Below are positions 33,122 through 42,258 of a DNA stretch of 64,000 nucleotides, piece by piece. The notes beneath the pieces were generated by a model that searched no databases, was not told the origin of the DNA, and saw nothing but the letters and a program-made list of their open reading frames with translations. Positions within the stretch are counted from its first letter, which is position 1. Each line of letters opens with the position of its first letter. This DNA comes from an uncultured delta proteobacterium (GTDB lineage: Bacteria > Myxococcota_A > Polyangia > Fen-1088). The position numbers and the translations under genes are program-made. Location: positions 64,001 to 128,000 of the forward strand of contig CAVTRY010000007.1 in NCBI GenBank assembly GCA_963737265.1, in the 5' to 3' direction.

Positions 33122-34009
33122 CTACGGTCCGCTCAGCGCGTACAGCTTGTCGTTTGCGGCCCGAACGAAGCCAGCCGCGGCGCCATCTTTGCCGCCGCCG
33201 GTCGCCACGTACTTTTGCAGATAGTCATGGGCGAGCTGCTTGTGCTCGTTGGAATGGGACTCTTCGTACCACTCCGCGTAGGTCATCCCGCAGTTATACA
33301 TGGCCTCGAATAGGTTGTTGTCGAGATCGATGGCCTCCTTAAACTCGTGAACGGCCTGGTCGTACTGCTTGAGCTGCTTGAGGGCGACGCCGTGAAAGTT
33401 ATAGCATTCGGCGCTGTTTTCATTCGCACGCACGCATTCTCCGAACACCTGGGCCGCTTCCTTGTCCGCGTCCCAGTTGAGATAGAGCTGCCCGAGGGCA
33501 ACAAACGGTTTGTCCATGCGTGGGTTCAGCTCGATGGCCTGGCGTAAGGCCGCGTCGGCTTCCTTGGGTTTTTCCTCGTAGACGTAGACCAATCCCAACC
33601 GCCAAAATGCCTTGAACAGCTTGGGGTCGAGATCCGTGGCTTTCTTCAGGGCAACCTCCGCCTTGTCGAGTTGTTTGGCCTCTAGGTAAGCCTCGCCGAG
33701 ATCGTAGTGGAAGTTGGCGTTGTCGGGACTCTTCTGCACCGCCGACTCGAAGGCCTCGATGGCTTTGTCCCACTTGCGTTGCGCCTGGTAAACCTTTCCG
33801 AGATTGTAGTACGCCTTCTCGTACGTGGGATCGGTCTGAATCGCCAGGCGCAGCTCGCGCTCCGACGCCTCGTAGCTGCGATTGGTAAACAGCTCGACGC
33901 CCTTGTTGGCAATTTCGATGGCCTTGATGCGACTTTGGCTGCATACGAAGGCATCGCAGGCCGGCAGCATGACCGCCAAGGCGAGTACAATCTTGAAATA
34001 GCGCCCCAT
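33122..34009 (-). CDS. TPR lipoprotein
   Basis: Lipobox MLPAC; tandem TPRs (AYYNLGKVY, FHYDLGEAY). Confidence 0.8.
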   Translation of the reverse strand: MGRYFKIVLALAVMLPACDAFVCSQSRIKAIEIANKGVELFTNRSYEASERELRLAIQTDPTYEKAYYNLGKVYQAQRKWDKAIEAFESAVQKSPDNANFHYDLGEAYLEAKQLDKAEVALKKATDLDPKLFKAFWRLGLVYVYEEKPKEADAALRQAIELNPRMDKPFVALGQLYLNWDADKEAAQVFGECVRANENSAECYNFHGVALKQLKQYDQAVHEFKEAIDLDNNLFEAMYNCGMTYAEWYEESHSNEHKQLAHDYLQKYVATGGGKDGAAAGFVRAANDKLYALSGP

Positions 34010-34043
34010 GGGATCCTCCATTTAATCAGCGGACCGGGAGGTC

Positions 34044-36287
34044 CTATTCGCCCGCAGCGCCGGCCGTGAAGTTGAACGGATACGAGACGATGACGATACC
34101 ACCGCCCATGGGCTTCGGGAACTCCCAGCGACGAACCGCCTGAACGACGCAGTTTTCGACGCGGATGTTACTCATGGTCGAGCTCTGCAGAACCGAAGCA
34201 ATGACCTGTCCGGTGGCTGCGATCGTGAACTGAACCGAGACACGGCCGTTGAGATCAGGCTTCTTGGTGAGCTCCGACTCGTAGCAGTACTTCACCTCGT
34301 TAATGTGGCGCCGAATGATACGGCGGATGATTTCCTTGTCGAGCGAACCGCGCACGTTCGCCTGGCCAGGAATGACGTCTGGAGCCCTGGCCCGGCGTCC
34401 ACCGAGTCCGCCAGCGCCGCGGCCGTAGCCGGAACCGTTGCCGCCGCCACCGCCCTTGCCAATCGTGCCGAAGTTACCGAGACCGATCGTGCCTTCTCCG
34501 GTACCACCGCCACCGGTTCCCGTTCCGACCAGACCGAGACCGCCGACGCCGTAGGCCTCGCCGATTTCGTTGCCGATGAGCCCGCCCAAGACGTTGACGG
34601 AGTCAGAGCCTGCCGCCGTGTCGCGACCGAAGATCGACGCCAGGTGAGAGCCTTCCGACATCTTGAGAACGCCGAGAATACCTGCGTTCTTCGCATTCTC
34701 CTCGGCCAGCTTCTTCGCCAGGTGCGGATCGGGATTGTCCTTTGGCCCCTTGAGGCCATAGAGGCCCTCCTTGTTCTTGGAGGTCTTCTTGCCCATCTTG
34801 CCTTCTTCGCCCTTGTGGCGCTTGCCCTTCCCTCCCTGCTCGTCGGGACCCTTCTTCTTGAGCCATTCGGGGATCTCTTCTTCCTTTTCCTCCGGCGGCT
34901 TGATGAGGAAGTTCACGAACCGACTGTCCGCATTGAAGAGATCGAGAGACAGCGACTTCGGATCCGGCGGAACCGAGAAAATCATGAGCAAGAAAAGAGC
35001 GAGCGCCGCCGCCGTTCCGACAGTGTAGGCTTGCTCGCTCCAGCGCCAAATGAGAAACGGCACCGGCACCGCCCGCGGCCTTGCCGTGGCACTTACGAAA
35101 AACGTCGTGACGCCACAGTCGATCCTGGCTCGACCGCGATCGCCGAGAGAAAAACTGGGACCGCGCTGCTGTACGAATTGTTGCAGCGGAACCGAATGCC
35201 CGTCGAGGTGAACTTCGCCCGACATGCTAGGCGTCACGTTCACCAAGAAGTCTGCGCCCGTGGTCGACACCAAGGAGAACGCAGACGTTCCGATGAACTC
35301 CGGCCCAACTGGCGTATCCGCCGTGACATCCGAGCCGACGACAAAGTTCGGGTTCGATTTGCTACGCCGCTTGAGCCCCATGTAAACGAGTGCGATACCG
35401 GCGGCAATGCCACCAAACACGACAAAATCCAGGGCCGGCGATTGGTGCGCCCACTGGAAGTTCTTGGCCTCATTACCTGCATTCAGATATGCATCATACC
35501 TGGTCTTTTCTTGGCCAGCATTGATGATGGTGACGAAGAAGGTGATGAGTGCGACGAGCACGAAGGCAATACCAGCCGCAATGAAAGCCTTGGATTGGCC
35601 CGCGGTGCTCTTGCCGGTGGGATCGGTGAGGTACCGAGTGTTGATGACGATCCCGCGATAAATGGACTGGACCTCGATGGCCTTGCTGCCATCCATCACT
35701 TCGACTTCGGCGCCCACGTGGCTCGGCGCGCCGAAGGTCGGGGCAGCAAAGCCCGTCTGCGGAGCTGGAGCCGCCACTGCAACCGGCGGCGCAAACTGCG
35801 AACCTTGCGGCACTGATTGTTGCGGAACGACTTGCGCAGGCGGCGCGGCCTGCGCCGGAGGAACAGCCGCCGCACCTGCCGGAACGAAATGCATTGTGGA
35901 CGCAAACTGGGCGGCGGGACGGGTGGTCTGAGCCGGCACCGCGACCGGCGCTGGCGTGGCTTCCGTGCCCGCGCTGCCAGTCGAAAACGCCACAACTACT
36001 CGCACATCGCCAAAGTAGACTTGGTCGCCAGACTTGAGAATCGCCTTGTTGATTCTCTCCCCGTTGACCAGCGTTCCCCGTGTCGAGCCGAGATCGATGA
36101 GCTGAACCTCTCCCGGTCCCGTCACCTCGACGACAGCGTGCATGCGCGACACCGTTTCGTCGTCTAGTCGGAGATGCGAGGAAGCGAGCTTACCGATTTT
36201 GATCACGGCCTCGTTCAGGGTCTCTTCTCGCACCAGCTGATCCCCTTTGAAGATCTGAAATTTGATGGGGATTGGGACGTTGGCCAT
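34044..36287 (-). CDS. gltG: GltG/PglI-like FHA - TM - Gly-rich - TonB C-terminal protein
   Basis: FHA (KIGK...VSRMHA...DLGSTRGT), Gly-rich stalk, GSLDKEIIRRII...CYE...WEFPKP...VSYPF. Confidence 0.85.
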   Translation of the reverse strand: MANVPIPIKFQIFKGDQLVREETLNEAVIKIGKLASSHLRLDDETVSRMHAVVEVTGPGEVQLIDLGSTRGTLVNGERINKAILKSGDQVYFGDVRVVVAFSTGSAGTEATPAPVAVPAQTTRPAAQFASTMHFVPAGAAAVPPAQAAPPAQVVPQQSVPQGSQFAPPVAVAAPAPQTGFAAPTFGAPSHVGAEVEVMDGSKAIEVQSIYRGIVINTRYLTDPTGKSTAGQSKAFIAAGIAFVLVALITFFVTIINAGQEKTRYDAYLNAGNEAKNFQWAHQSPALDFVVFGGIAAGIALVYMGLKRRSKSNPNFVVGSDVTADTPVGPEFIGTSAFSLVSTTGADFLVNVTPSMSGEVHLDGHSVPLQQFVQQRGPSFSLGDRGRARIDCGVTTFFVSATARPRAVPVPFLIWRWSEQAYTVGTAAALALFLLMIFSVPPDPKSLSLDLFNADSRFVNFLIKPPEEKEEEIPEWLKKKGPDEQGGKGKRHKGEEGKMGKKTSKNKEGLYGLKGPKDNPDPHLAKKLAEENAKNAGILGVLKMSEGSHLASIFGRDTAAGSDSVNVLGGLIGNEIGEAYGVGGLGLVGTGTGGGGTGEGTIGLGNFGTIGKGGGGGNGSGYGRGAGGLGGRRARAPDVIPGQANVRGSLDKEIIRRIIRRHINEVKYCYESELTKKPDLNGRVSVQFTIAATGQVIASVLQSSTMSNIRVENCVVQAVRRWEFPKPMGGGIVIVSYPFNFTAGAAGE

Positions 36288-36418
36288 GGGGTTCTCCTTG
36301 TCTGTCTTACGTCAGCGGCGGCCTGGGGCCGCCGCCGGAAACGGGTGACTCTGAAGCGAAGCCCGATCGCCTCGGAAGGCAGTCGGAACCTGCGTCTAGA
36401 TGTCTTTCTGAATATCCT

Positions 36419-36673
36419 TTAAATGTCCTCGAGCGACTTGAGCATTTCAGGGATGAAGTCTTTCCGGATCTCAATGAGGCTTTCGTGCTGGGCTTTGTTG
36501 ATGGAATTCACCAACTCGCCATCCGGACGCTGCAAGTCTCCCTCGACGTTGTCGTCTTCAAAGTCGTACACGGTCTTGGACTTGTAAGCCGCATTGTCAC
36601 CGCTTGCCTCTTGCGCAACCGCGCTACCCACCCCGGTGAGGCTCAGGACCGCTATCATTGCGAAAATTTTCAT
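36419..36673 (-). CDS. gltF: GltF/CglF-like small periplasmic protein
   Basis: Signal peptide; KTVYDFEDDNVEGDLQRPDG and LIEIRKDFIPEMLKS; lies between gltE and gltG. Confidence 0.85.
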   Translation of the reverse strand: MKIFAMIAVLSLTGVGSAVAQEASGDNAAYKSKTVYDFEDDNVEGDLQRPDGELVNSINKAQHESLIEIRKDFIPEMLKSLEDI

Positions 36674-36788
36674 AGCGTTATCTCCTTACTCTTCAGGGCA
36701 GACACCTTGGTCTGCCGGTATTGACAACTGAGACCGGGTGAGGTTCCCAACTTTTTCAGGAATCGTCCGGTCAGTGGAAGTCTAACCT

Positions 36789-38651
36789 CTATTTCTTCTT
36801 CTTCTTGCTGTCCGGCGTTTTTTTGCCCGTGCCAGCGCTACCAGTGTCGGAGCTGTCTCCGGCTGCCTTGTCGCTCGTCGCGTCGCCCTGTGCGCTCGTG
36901 TCAGCTGCAGCAGCCTTGTCCGGGGCCCCCTTCGCGGCCTTGTCGGCTTCAGCCTTCGCCTTCTTGTCGGCGTCCGCCTTCGCCTTGTCTTCCTCGGCCT
37001 TTTTCTTGTCGGCCTCGGCCTTGGCCTTGTCATCTTCGGCTTTCTTCTTATCGGCCTCAACCTTCGCCTTCTCGTCGGCCTCCTGCTTCTTCATCTGATC
37101 TTCCATCTGCTTTTGCTGCGCTTCCGCCTTGCGCTGCATCTCTTCCGCTTCCTTCATCATCTGCTCCGCCTCTTTCAAGGCGGCGAAGGTTTCGTCGATG
37201 TCCTTGATGCGCTTCTCCGCATCCTTGCGCATCTTGGGCGACTGAGCGCGCGACAGGTAGTCGCGGTAGTAGGCTTGCGCCTTCTGCAGCATAGGCTTGT
37301 CGCTTCCACCCTTGTACTCTTGGTAGAGAACCCCCAGATTGAAGTAGGCATCGGGCCGCTGTGGATCTCGCATCCTGGCCCGGTTGTACTCGGCCTCGGC
37401 TTCGTCGAATTTCTTGCTTCCACGAAGTGCCACCCCGAGGCCGATGATGGCCTCGTAGTTCTTCGGTTGGGCCTTCAAGACCTCACGGAGGTTCTGCTCG
37501 GCGATCTCGTAGTTTCGGAATTTAAGCGACAACGCGGCCAAATTGAGGCGCGCTTCGTAGAGCGCCGGATCGTTTTCCACCGCGTGGGTATAGTTCTTGA
37601 TCGCCTCGGTGTAGTTCTTCTTGGCAAGGGCAATCATGCCGAGGGTGTTGTATACGACGCCAATCGCTTTCTTCATTTCCGTTGTGTAGCCCGTGCCACC
37701 GGCGCCCTCTTCCGCCTTGGCCCCTTCCTCTTTCGCCTCCTCCTTCTCCTTCTTGGCCTTGCCCTTCTTGCCTTTCTTGCCAGTTTCTTCCGCGACAGCC
37801 GACTCGTCCTCGAAAACGCCGGTGGCGATTTCCTTGGCGCGCTTGATGGCCTGCGCGCCCACCAGCTTCGCCGCCTCGGGCAAACCGAGGTCATAATAGA
37901 TGTAGGTCAGGCCGGCATAGGCCTGGAGGCTATTCCCATCCAAAGCCAGGACGGTACGCAGGTGGCGCACGGCCTGGTCATTGAGAGGCTTTTTCTCGCT
38001 GTCGCTCACCGTTCGCGCGCGCTCGCGCAGGATTTGCGCCAGATTGATTCGTGCGAAAATCGATCCGGTGAGAGGATCGGCCTGCACGGAACGATTGAAG
38101 TACGACTCTGCGCCCGCCTTGTTACCCGTCTGCCAGGTCAAGTATCCCAGGTTGGCAAGGGCCGGCGCATAGGGTTTGGCGCCACTTGCCATCGCGTTCC
38201 AGATGGCGACGGCATCGTCCTTCCTTCCGCATTCCAGATAGACAGTCGCCTCGTTGTTGCGGGCCTCAAGCAAGGCGGGCGCCTGGTTCGCCAGTTTCTT
38301 GAACGCACTCGAAAGCGAGCTGCAGTCGGAGGGATTGAGCGCCCCTGTCTTCCTAGCCTTGTGGTAATCGGCGACGATCTTGTCGAAGGTTGCCTTCTGG
38401 TCCTCCGTGATTTGACGGTCAGACGCCCTCTTCTTGGCCAGCGGAATTTCGGCCGGCCCGCTTTCCGCCGCCGCCGCATTGTGCGCGCCCGCAGGAGCCC
38501 CGCCTTCCTCTTCGTCGGGAAGGGGCGCCCTCTCTTTTCCAGACGTTCCACCTGACGTCGAAGTCGCGCAACCCGCAGCCAAGAGCGCCAGAGCAGAGGC
38601 AGTGAACAAGGTCCTGATCGACCACATTCCAAGTCGTCCGTGCATGGTCAT
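36789..38651 (-). CDS. gltE: GltE/AglT-like TPR lipoprotein with Lys/Ala/Glu-rich tail
   Basis: Lipobox LAAGC, TPRs, coiled-coil tail; synteny. Confidence 0.78.
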   Translation of the reverse strand: MTMHGRLGMWSIRTLFTASALALLAAGCATSTSGGTSGKERAPLPDEEEGGAPAGAHNAAAAESGPAEIPLAKKRASDRQITEDQKATFDKIVADYHKARKTGALNPSDCSSLSSAFKKLANQAPALLEARNNEATVYLECGRKDDAVAIWNAMASGAKPYAPALANLGYLTWQTGNKAGAESYFNRSVQADPLTGSIFARINLAQILRERARTVSDSEKKPLNDQAVRHLRTVLALDGNSLQAYAGLTYIYYDLGLPEAAKLVGAQAIKRAKEIATGVFEDESAVAEETGKKGKKGKAKKEKEEAKEEGAKAEEGAGGTGYTTEMKKAIGVVYNTLGMIALAKKNYTEAIKNYTHAVENDPALYEARLNLAALSLKFRNYEIAEQNLREVLKAQPKNYEAIIGLGVALRGSKKFDEAEAEYNRARMRDPQRPDAYFNLGVLYQEYKGGSDKPMLQKAQAYYRDYLSRAQSPKMRKDAEKRIKDIDETFAALKEAEQMMKEAEEMQRKAEAQQKQMEDQMKKQEADEKAKVEADKKKAEDDKAKAEADKKKAEEDKAKADADKKAKAEADKAAKGAPDKAAAADTSAQGDATSDKAAGDSSDTGSAGTGKKTPDSKKKKK

Positions 38652-38660
38652 TCCTGGCTC

Positions 38661-41600
38661 CTACTGGTTCGAAGTAACTTGAAGATCGTCGGGCAACTCG
38701 GACACCACGGCAGCCGGGGTGATGGGTGTCGACACGTAGCCGGGTTCGGGCTTCGCTTCGGCCGCGAGCGGGTATTCGCTAGGTTTGAGCTGGTTGAGCT
38801 CAACCTCGCACAGAGTCGACCATTCGTTGAACCACGATTCCTTGGTTGCGGCCTTGAGACACAAATCGTAACCGACGACCGCCTTGGACTCGATGGGCTC
38901 GGCCTTGTCGACCAAGGCGTCGCAGAAGATTTCCCGCGGGCGATTACCCCACTCGTCCTGCTCTTTGAGATCCTTGGGGATTTCGGCCGTGTAGAGCTGG
39001 TTGACGAAGTCCGCGAAGACCTGGCCGATGCGCGCCGACGCCGCGATGGTCCAGTGGGCCACGTGATAGTCGAGAACGTAGTCGTACATGCCCTTCTTGT
39101 CCGCGCTCGGGCCGGCCAGACGGTTGGCGAGGTTGGACTTCTCGGTCAAGTAGGCGAGGAACTTCTTTTGCGAGTCCTCGAACTTCTTCTTCTTCGCCTC
39201 GGCAACCCGCTTGCTGTCGAATTGGGTCGGCTGCTGGAAATCAAGCCCTTGCGGGAACTTGACCTTGAGGAACTGCTCGTAGACCTGTTCCGCCTGGTAG
39301 AATGCTGCGCCTGCCACCGCGAAGCGCATGAAGACATCGCGCGCGGCTGCCTCGCCGGGATTGGGAACCTGGCTTTGCAGCTTCTTCTCGGCCTCGCCCT
39401 TGGCCCACAACTTCAGCACCTCGGTGAAGTGTTTCTGCCCTTCGGAGGCCGGTTTCGACGAGCGATCGTAGACCGTGATCTTCGAGCTGGTTGGCGGACC
39501 GCACTGGGTGCGCAGCTTCTCCTTGAGCTTCTTTTTCCTGTCCTTGATGCCCTGGTTGATCTGGTAGAGCGCCTTGGCCTTTCCGTTCATGGTCACGCGG
39601 TCGATCTTGAGGCACGCGCCGTTGACCCCTTCCTGGGGGCACGACCTCTTCCAAGAAATCTCGCCCAGCTTGAAGTGGGCGATGATCTGCTTGTCGATAC
39701 CGCCCTTGGCTCCCCACTTCTTGAGGTACGCGTCGAGGTGCTTGGCAAGCTCGTCCGTCTTGCCCTGCTTCTCGTACACCTCGCTCATCTGAAACACGAC
39801 GTTGGCCGCATCGGCAGGTTTCTTGTCGCCGTAGTACTTGACGAAGCTGTTCATATCCTCGACGGCCTTGTCGAATTCGCCCAAGCCGATGCGGAAGGAG
39901 TAGGCATTGCCGAGCGCGGTGAACGCCTGCTTTTCACCCGGAAACTTGCCGGCGAATTCCTCGTAGCGCTTTGCAGCCTCGGAATAGTAGGCAAGCTGGT
40001 GGTAGCCAGAGGCGATTTGGAACAGCGCCCGCTGCGCCAACACGTCCTTGGGGTGATCCTTGATGAGCTGCTCGCGCGCCTTGATGGCCTGGCCGATGAG
40101 CCGAGCGTTCTGGAAGCAAAGACCCGCGTTGTAAAGGCGCTGGGCGTGATCCTTGTGGTCCGGAATGGTTTCCGCCGCCGCCACGAACGAGATGCCGCAT
40201 TCCTTGTAGTTCTTGTCCTTCTCGTACTGCTTCGCCTCGGCCACCAAGCTGTCGGTCTTGAGCGAGACCATCTGCTTGCGGAATTCCTGATCCTTCATGA
40301 GGACCGGGTTGGCGAGGAACTTCTCGACGGTCGCGAGCAGTTCCTTGTAGTGCTTGAGGATGTTGAGACAGTCGAGAAGCAGGTTGGCCGAGTAAATGGC
40401 GAGCTCGTCGGTCACGTGATGATCGACGATGTCCTGGAATAGCTTGATGGCCTCGTCGAAGTGGTTGTAGTCGTAGAAGACCCGCGCCTTGCGGTACTTG
40501 ATCTTCACCAGCTCCGGCGCATCCGGCACATACTTGATGTAGGTATCGAAAGCCCCGATCATCTTCTTCTGATACTCGGGAATCTGGCGCGGTTTGAGAT
40601 CCTTGTTGCCCTTGTCCTTGTCGACTTCATCGCCGCTGTCGCTGATGTTAAGAGCGTTCTTCCACGCGAGCACGGCCGCGTAGGCGGATTCCTTGACGTA
40701 CTTGCCCTTGGGATCCAGCTCGACGACCTTGGTGTAGGTTTCCGCGGCTTCTTTCCAAGCGGCCATCTGCCACAGAATTTCTCCGTAGTAGAAGGTCATC
40801 TCGGCCGAGTCCTTCTCGTTGGTGAAGTGGCTGAGGAATTCCTTGTAGACCATGCCCGCCAACTGGTACGTGTCGGCGTTCTTAGTCCGCTGCGCTTCCT
40901 TGTGCCAGATGAGAGCGAGTTCCTTGCCGGTGTCGTGGTACGAGTTCTTGCATTCGGCGAGGACGTCCTTCTTGACGCCCTCCTTCTTGGAAATCGCCTC
41001 GTAGACATTGCCCAGGCGCTTGAGCTCCTGCACCTGATCCTTCTTGTTTCCGCCGGACAGCGTGTTGCGCAAAATCTTATTCTGCCACTCGCACAAACGG
41101 GACGATTCCTTTCCCTCGGCGTTGAGCGTGATGATCTTGCGATAGATCTTCGAAGACTCGGGGAACATGCCTTGTTCCCAGTAGAGCTCGGCAAGAGCCT
41201 CAAGCATCTTCGGGGCATAATCGCCGCCCATCCGCACGAAGAAATCCCAAGCCTTGTCCGGGCTGGCGCCGGGCGTCCGCGCATAGGCCTTGACCAAGTC
41301 CTTCTTCGCTTCTTTTTCAAGCGGTCCCGCCTGGTTCTTGGAAATCTTGCCGTCTCGGCACAGCTGGATGACCTTGACGAAAATCTCCAGGGCGCCCTTG
41401 AAGTTGCCAAGATTGATTTCGACCCAGCCCTTCTTGTAGAGAGCGAAGCCGAACACCGAGGAGCCCGGGAACTGCTCGACCTTTTCGTAGAACTTGAGGG
41501 CGCTCTCCATCTCGCCCTTCTGGAAGTAGAACTCGGCGAAAGACAGGTACGCGTTGGGAACGTACTTCGACTGGGGATAATCCTTGATCAAGCGATGGAA

Positions 41601-42218
41601 AAACTCGCGAGCCTGATCCTCTTTCTTGATCGCCTGCAGCAGATACGCGAGGCGGAAGAGCACCTCGTCCATGCGGTTGTACTTCGGGTACTTGGAGGCT
41701 TGCACGTAGCTCTTGACCGCCTCCACCGACCACTTCTCGGACTCTTTATCGAGCTGCTGCTGCTTCTGCTTCAGGCTATTCGCGTCCGATGTTTTCTTCG
41801 CCTGCTGTGCCTCGAAGATCTTCTGATCGAGACCACGCGCCTTAAAGCCGAACGCCCGCTGAGTCTCGGCGTAGAGCTCGCCGAGACGAAAGTAGTAGTC
41901 CGGTTTCTGCGGATCGTCCTCGGACGCGCTCTGGATGAGATCCTGCATGATTCGGATCTGTTTCATCGTGACGACGACGACCTTGTTCTGCTGCTGCCCC
42001 ACGAAGGCGTCGACCGTCAGCACCGGCCCGGTCTGTTTCCGTTGCTCCTTGACCGGCTCCTTGGGCTTGGTCAGCTCGGTTTGCGTCCCGCCTTGGACCT
42101 CGATTTCCTTCTTCTTGAACTTGGCGTCGTCCGCGCGGACCACCTGCGTGCCGAAGGTGGCCGCCACGAAAAAGGCGCCCAACGAGGCGTATCGTGTGAA
42201 TCGTCGATTACTCGTCAT
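38661..42218 (-). CDS. gltD: GltD/AgmU-like periplasmic TPR protein
   Basis: Signal peptide, about 1185 aa of TPRs, DEVLFRLAY, C-terminal WFNEWS...PSEYP; synteny. Confidence 0.82.
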   Translation of the reverse strand: MTSNRRFTRYASLGAFFVAATFGTQVVRADDAKFKKKEIEVQGGTQTELTKPKEPVKEQRKQTGPVLTVDAFVGQQQNKVVVVTMKQIRIMQDLIQSASEDDPQKPDYYFRLGELYAETQRAFGFKARGLDQKIFEAQQAKKTSDANSLKQKQQQLDKESEKWSVEAVKSYVQASKYPKYNRMDEVLFRLAYLLQAIKKEDQAREFFHRLIKDYPQSKYVPNAYLSFAEFYFQKGEMESALKFYEKVEQFPGSSVFGFALYKKGWVEINLGNFKGALEIFVKVIQLCRDGKISKNQAGPLEKEAKKDLVKAYARTPGASPDKAWDFFVRMGGDYAPKMLEALAELYWEQGMFPESSKIYRKIITLNAEGKESSRLCEWQNKILRNTLSGGNKKDQVQELKRLGNVYEAISKKEGVKKDVLAECKNSYHDTGKELALIWHKEAQRTKNADTYQLAGMVYKEFLSHFTNEKDSAEMTFYYGEILWQMAAWKEAAETYTKVVELDPKGKYVKESAYAAVLAWKNALNISDSGDEVDKDKGNKDLKPRQIPEYQKKMIGAFDTYIKYVPDAPELVKIKYRKARVFYDYNHFDEAIKLFQDIVDHHVTDELAIYSANLLLDCLNILKHYKELLATVEKFLANPVLMKDQEFRKQMVSLKTDSLVAEAKQYEKDKNYKECGISFVAAAETIPDHKDHAQRLYNAGLCFQNARLIGQAIKAREQLIKDHPKDVLAQRALFQIASGYHQLAYYSEAAKRYEEFAGKFPGEKQAFTALGNAYSFRIGLGEFDKAVEDMNSFVKYYGDKKPADAANVVFQMSEVYEKQGKTDELAKHLDAYLKKWGAKGGIDKQIIAHFKLGEISWKRSCPQEGVNGACLKIDRVTMNGKAKALYQINQGIKDRKKKLKEKLRTQCGPPTSSKITVYDRSSKPASEGQKHFTEVLKLWAKGEAEKKLQSQVPNPGEAAARDVFMRFAVAGAAFYQAEQVYEQFLKVKFPQGLDFQQPTQFDSKRVAEAKKKKFEDSQKKFLAYLTEKSNLANRLAGPSADKKGMYDYVLDYHVAHWTIAASARIGQVFADFVNQLYTAEIPKDLKEQDEWGNRPREIFCDALVDKAEPIESKAVVGYDLCLKAATKESWFNEWSTLCEVELNQLKPSEYPLAAEAKPEPGYVSTPITPAAVVSELPDDLQVTSNQ

Positions 42219-42258
42219 TTTTGCGTCCTTGCTCTTCTGTCGAAGTACCTTGATCGTG

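Noticed and set aside
36800-37110. Lys/Ala/Asp repeats at the gltE 3' end
   Set aside because: Low-complexity coding tail, not an independent element.
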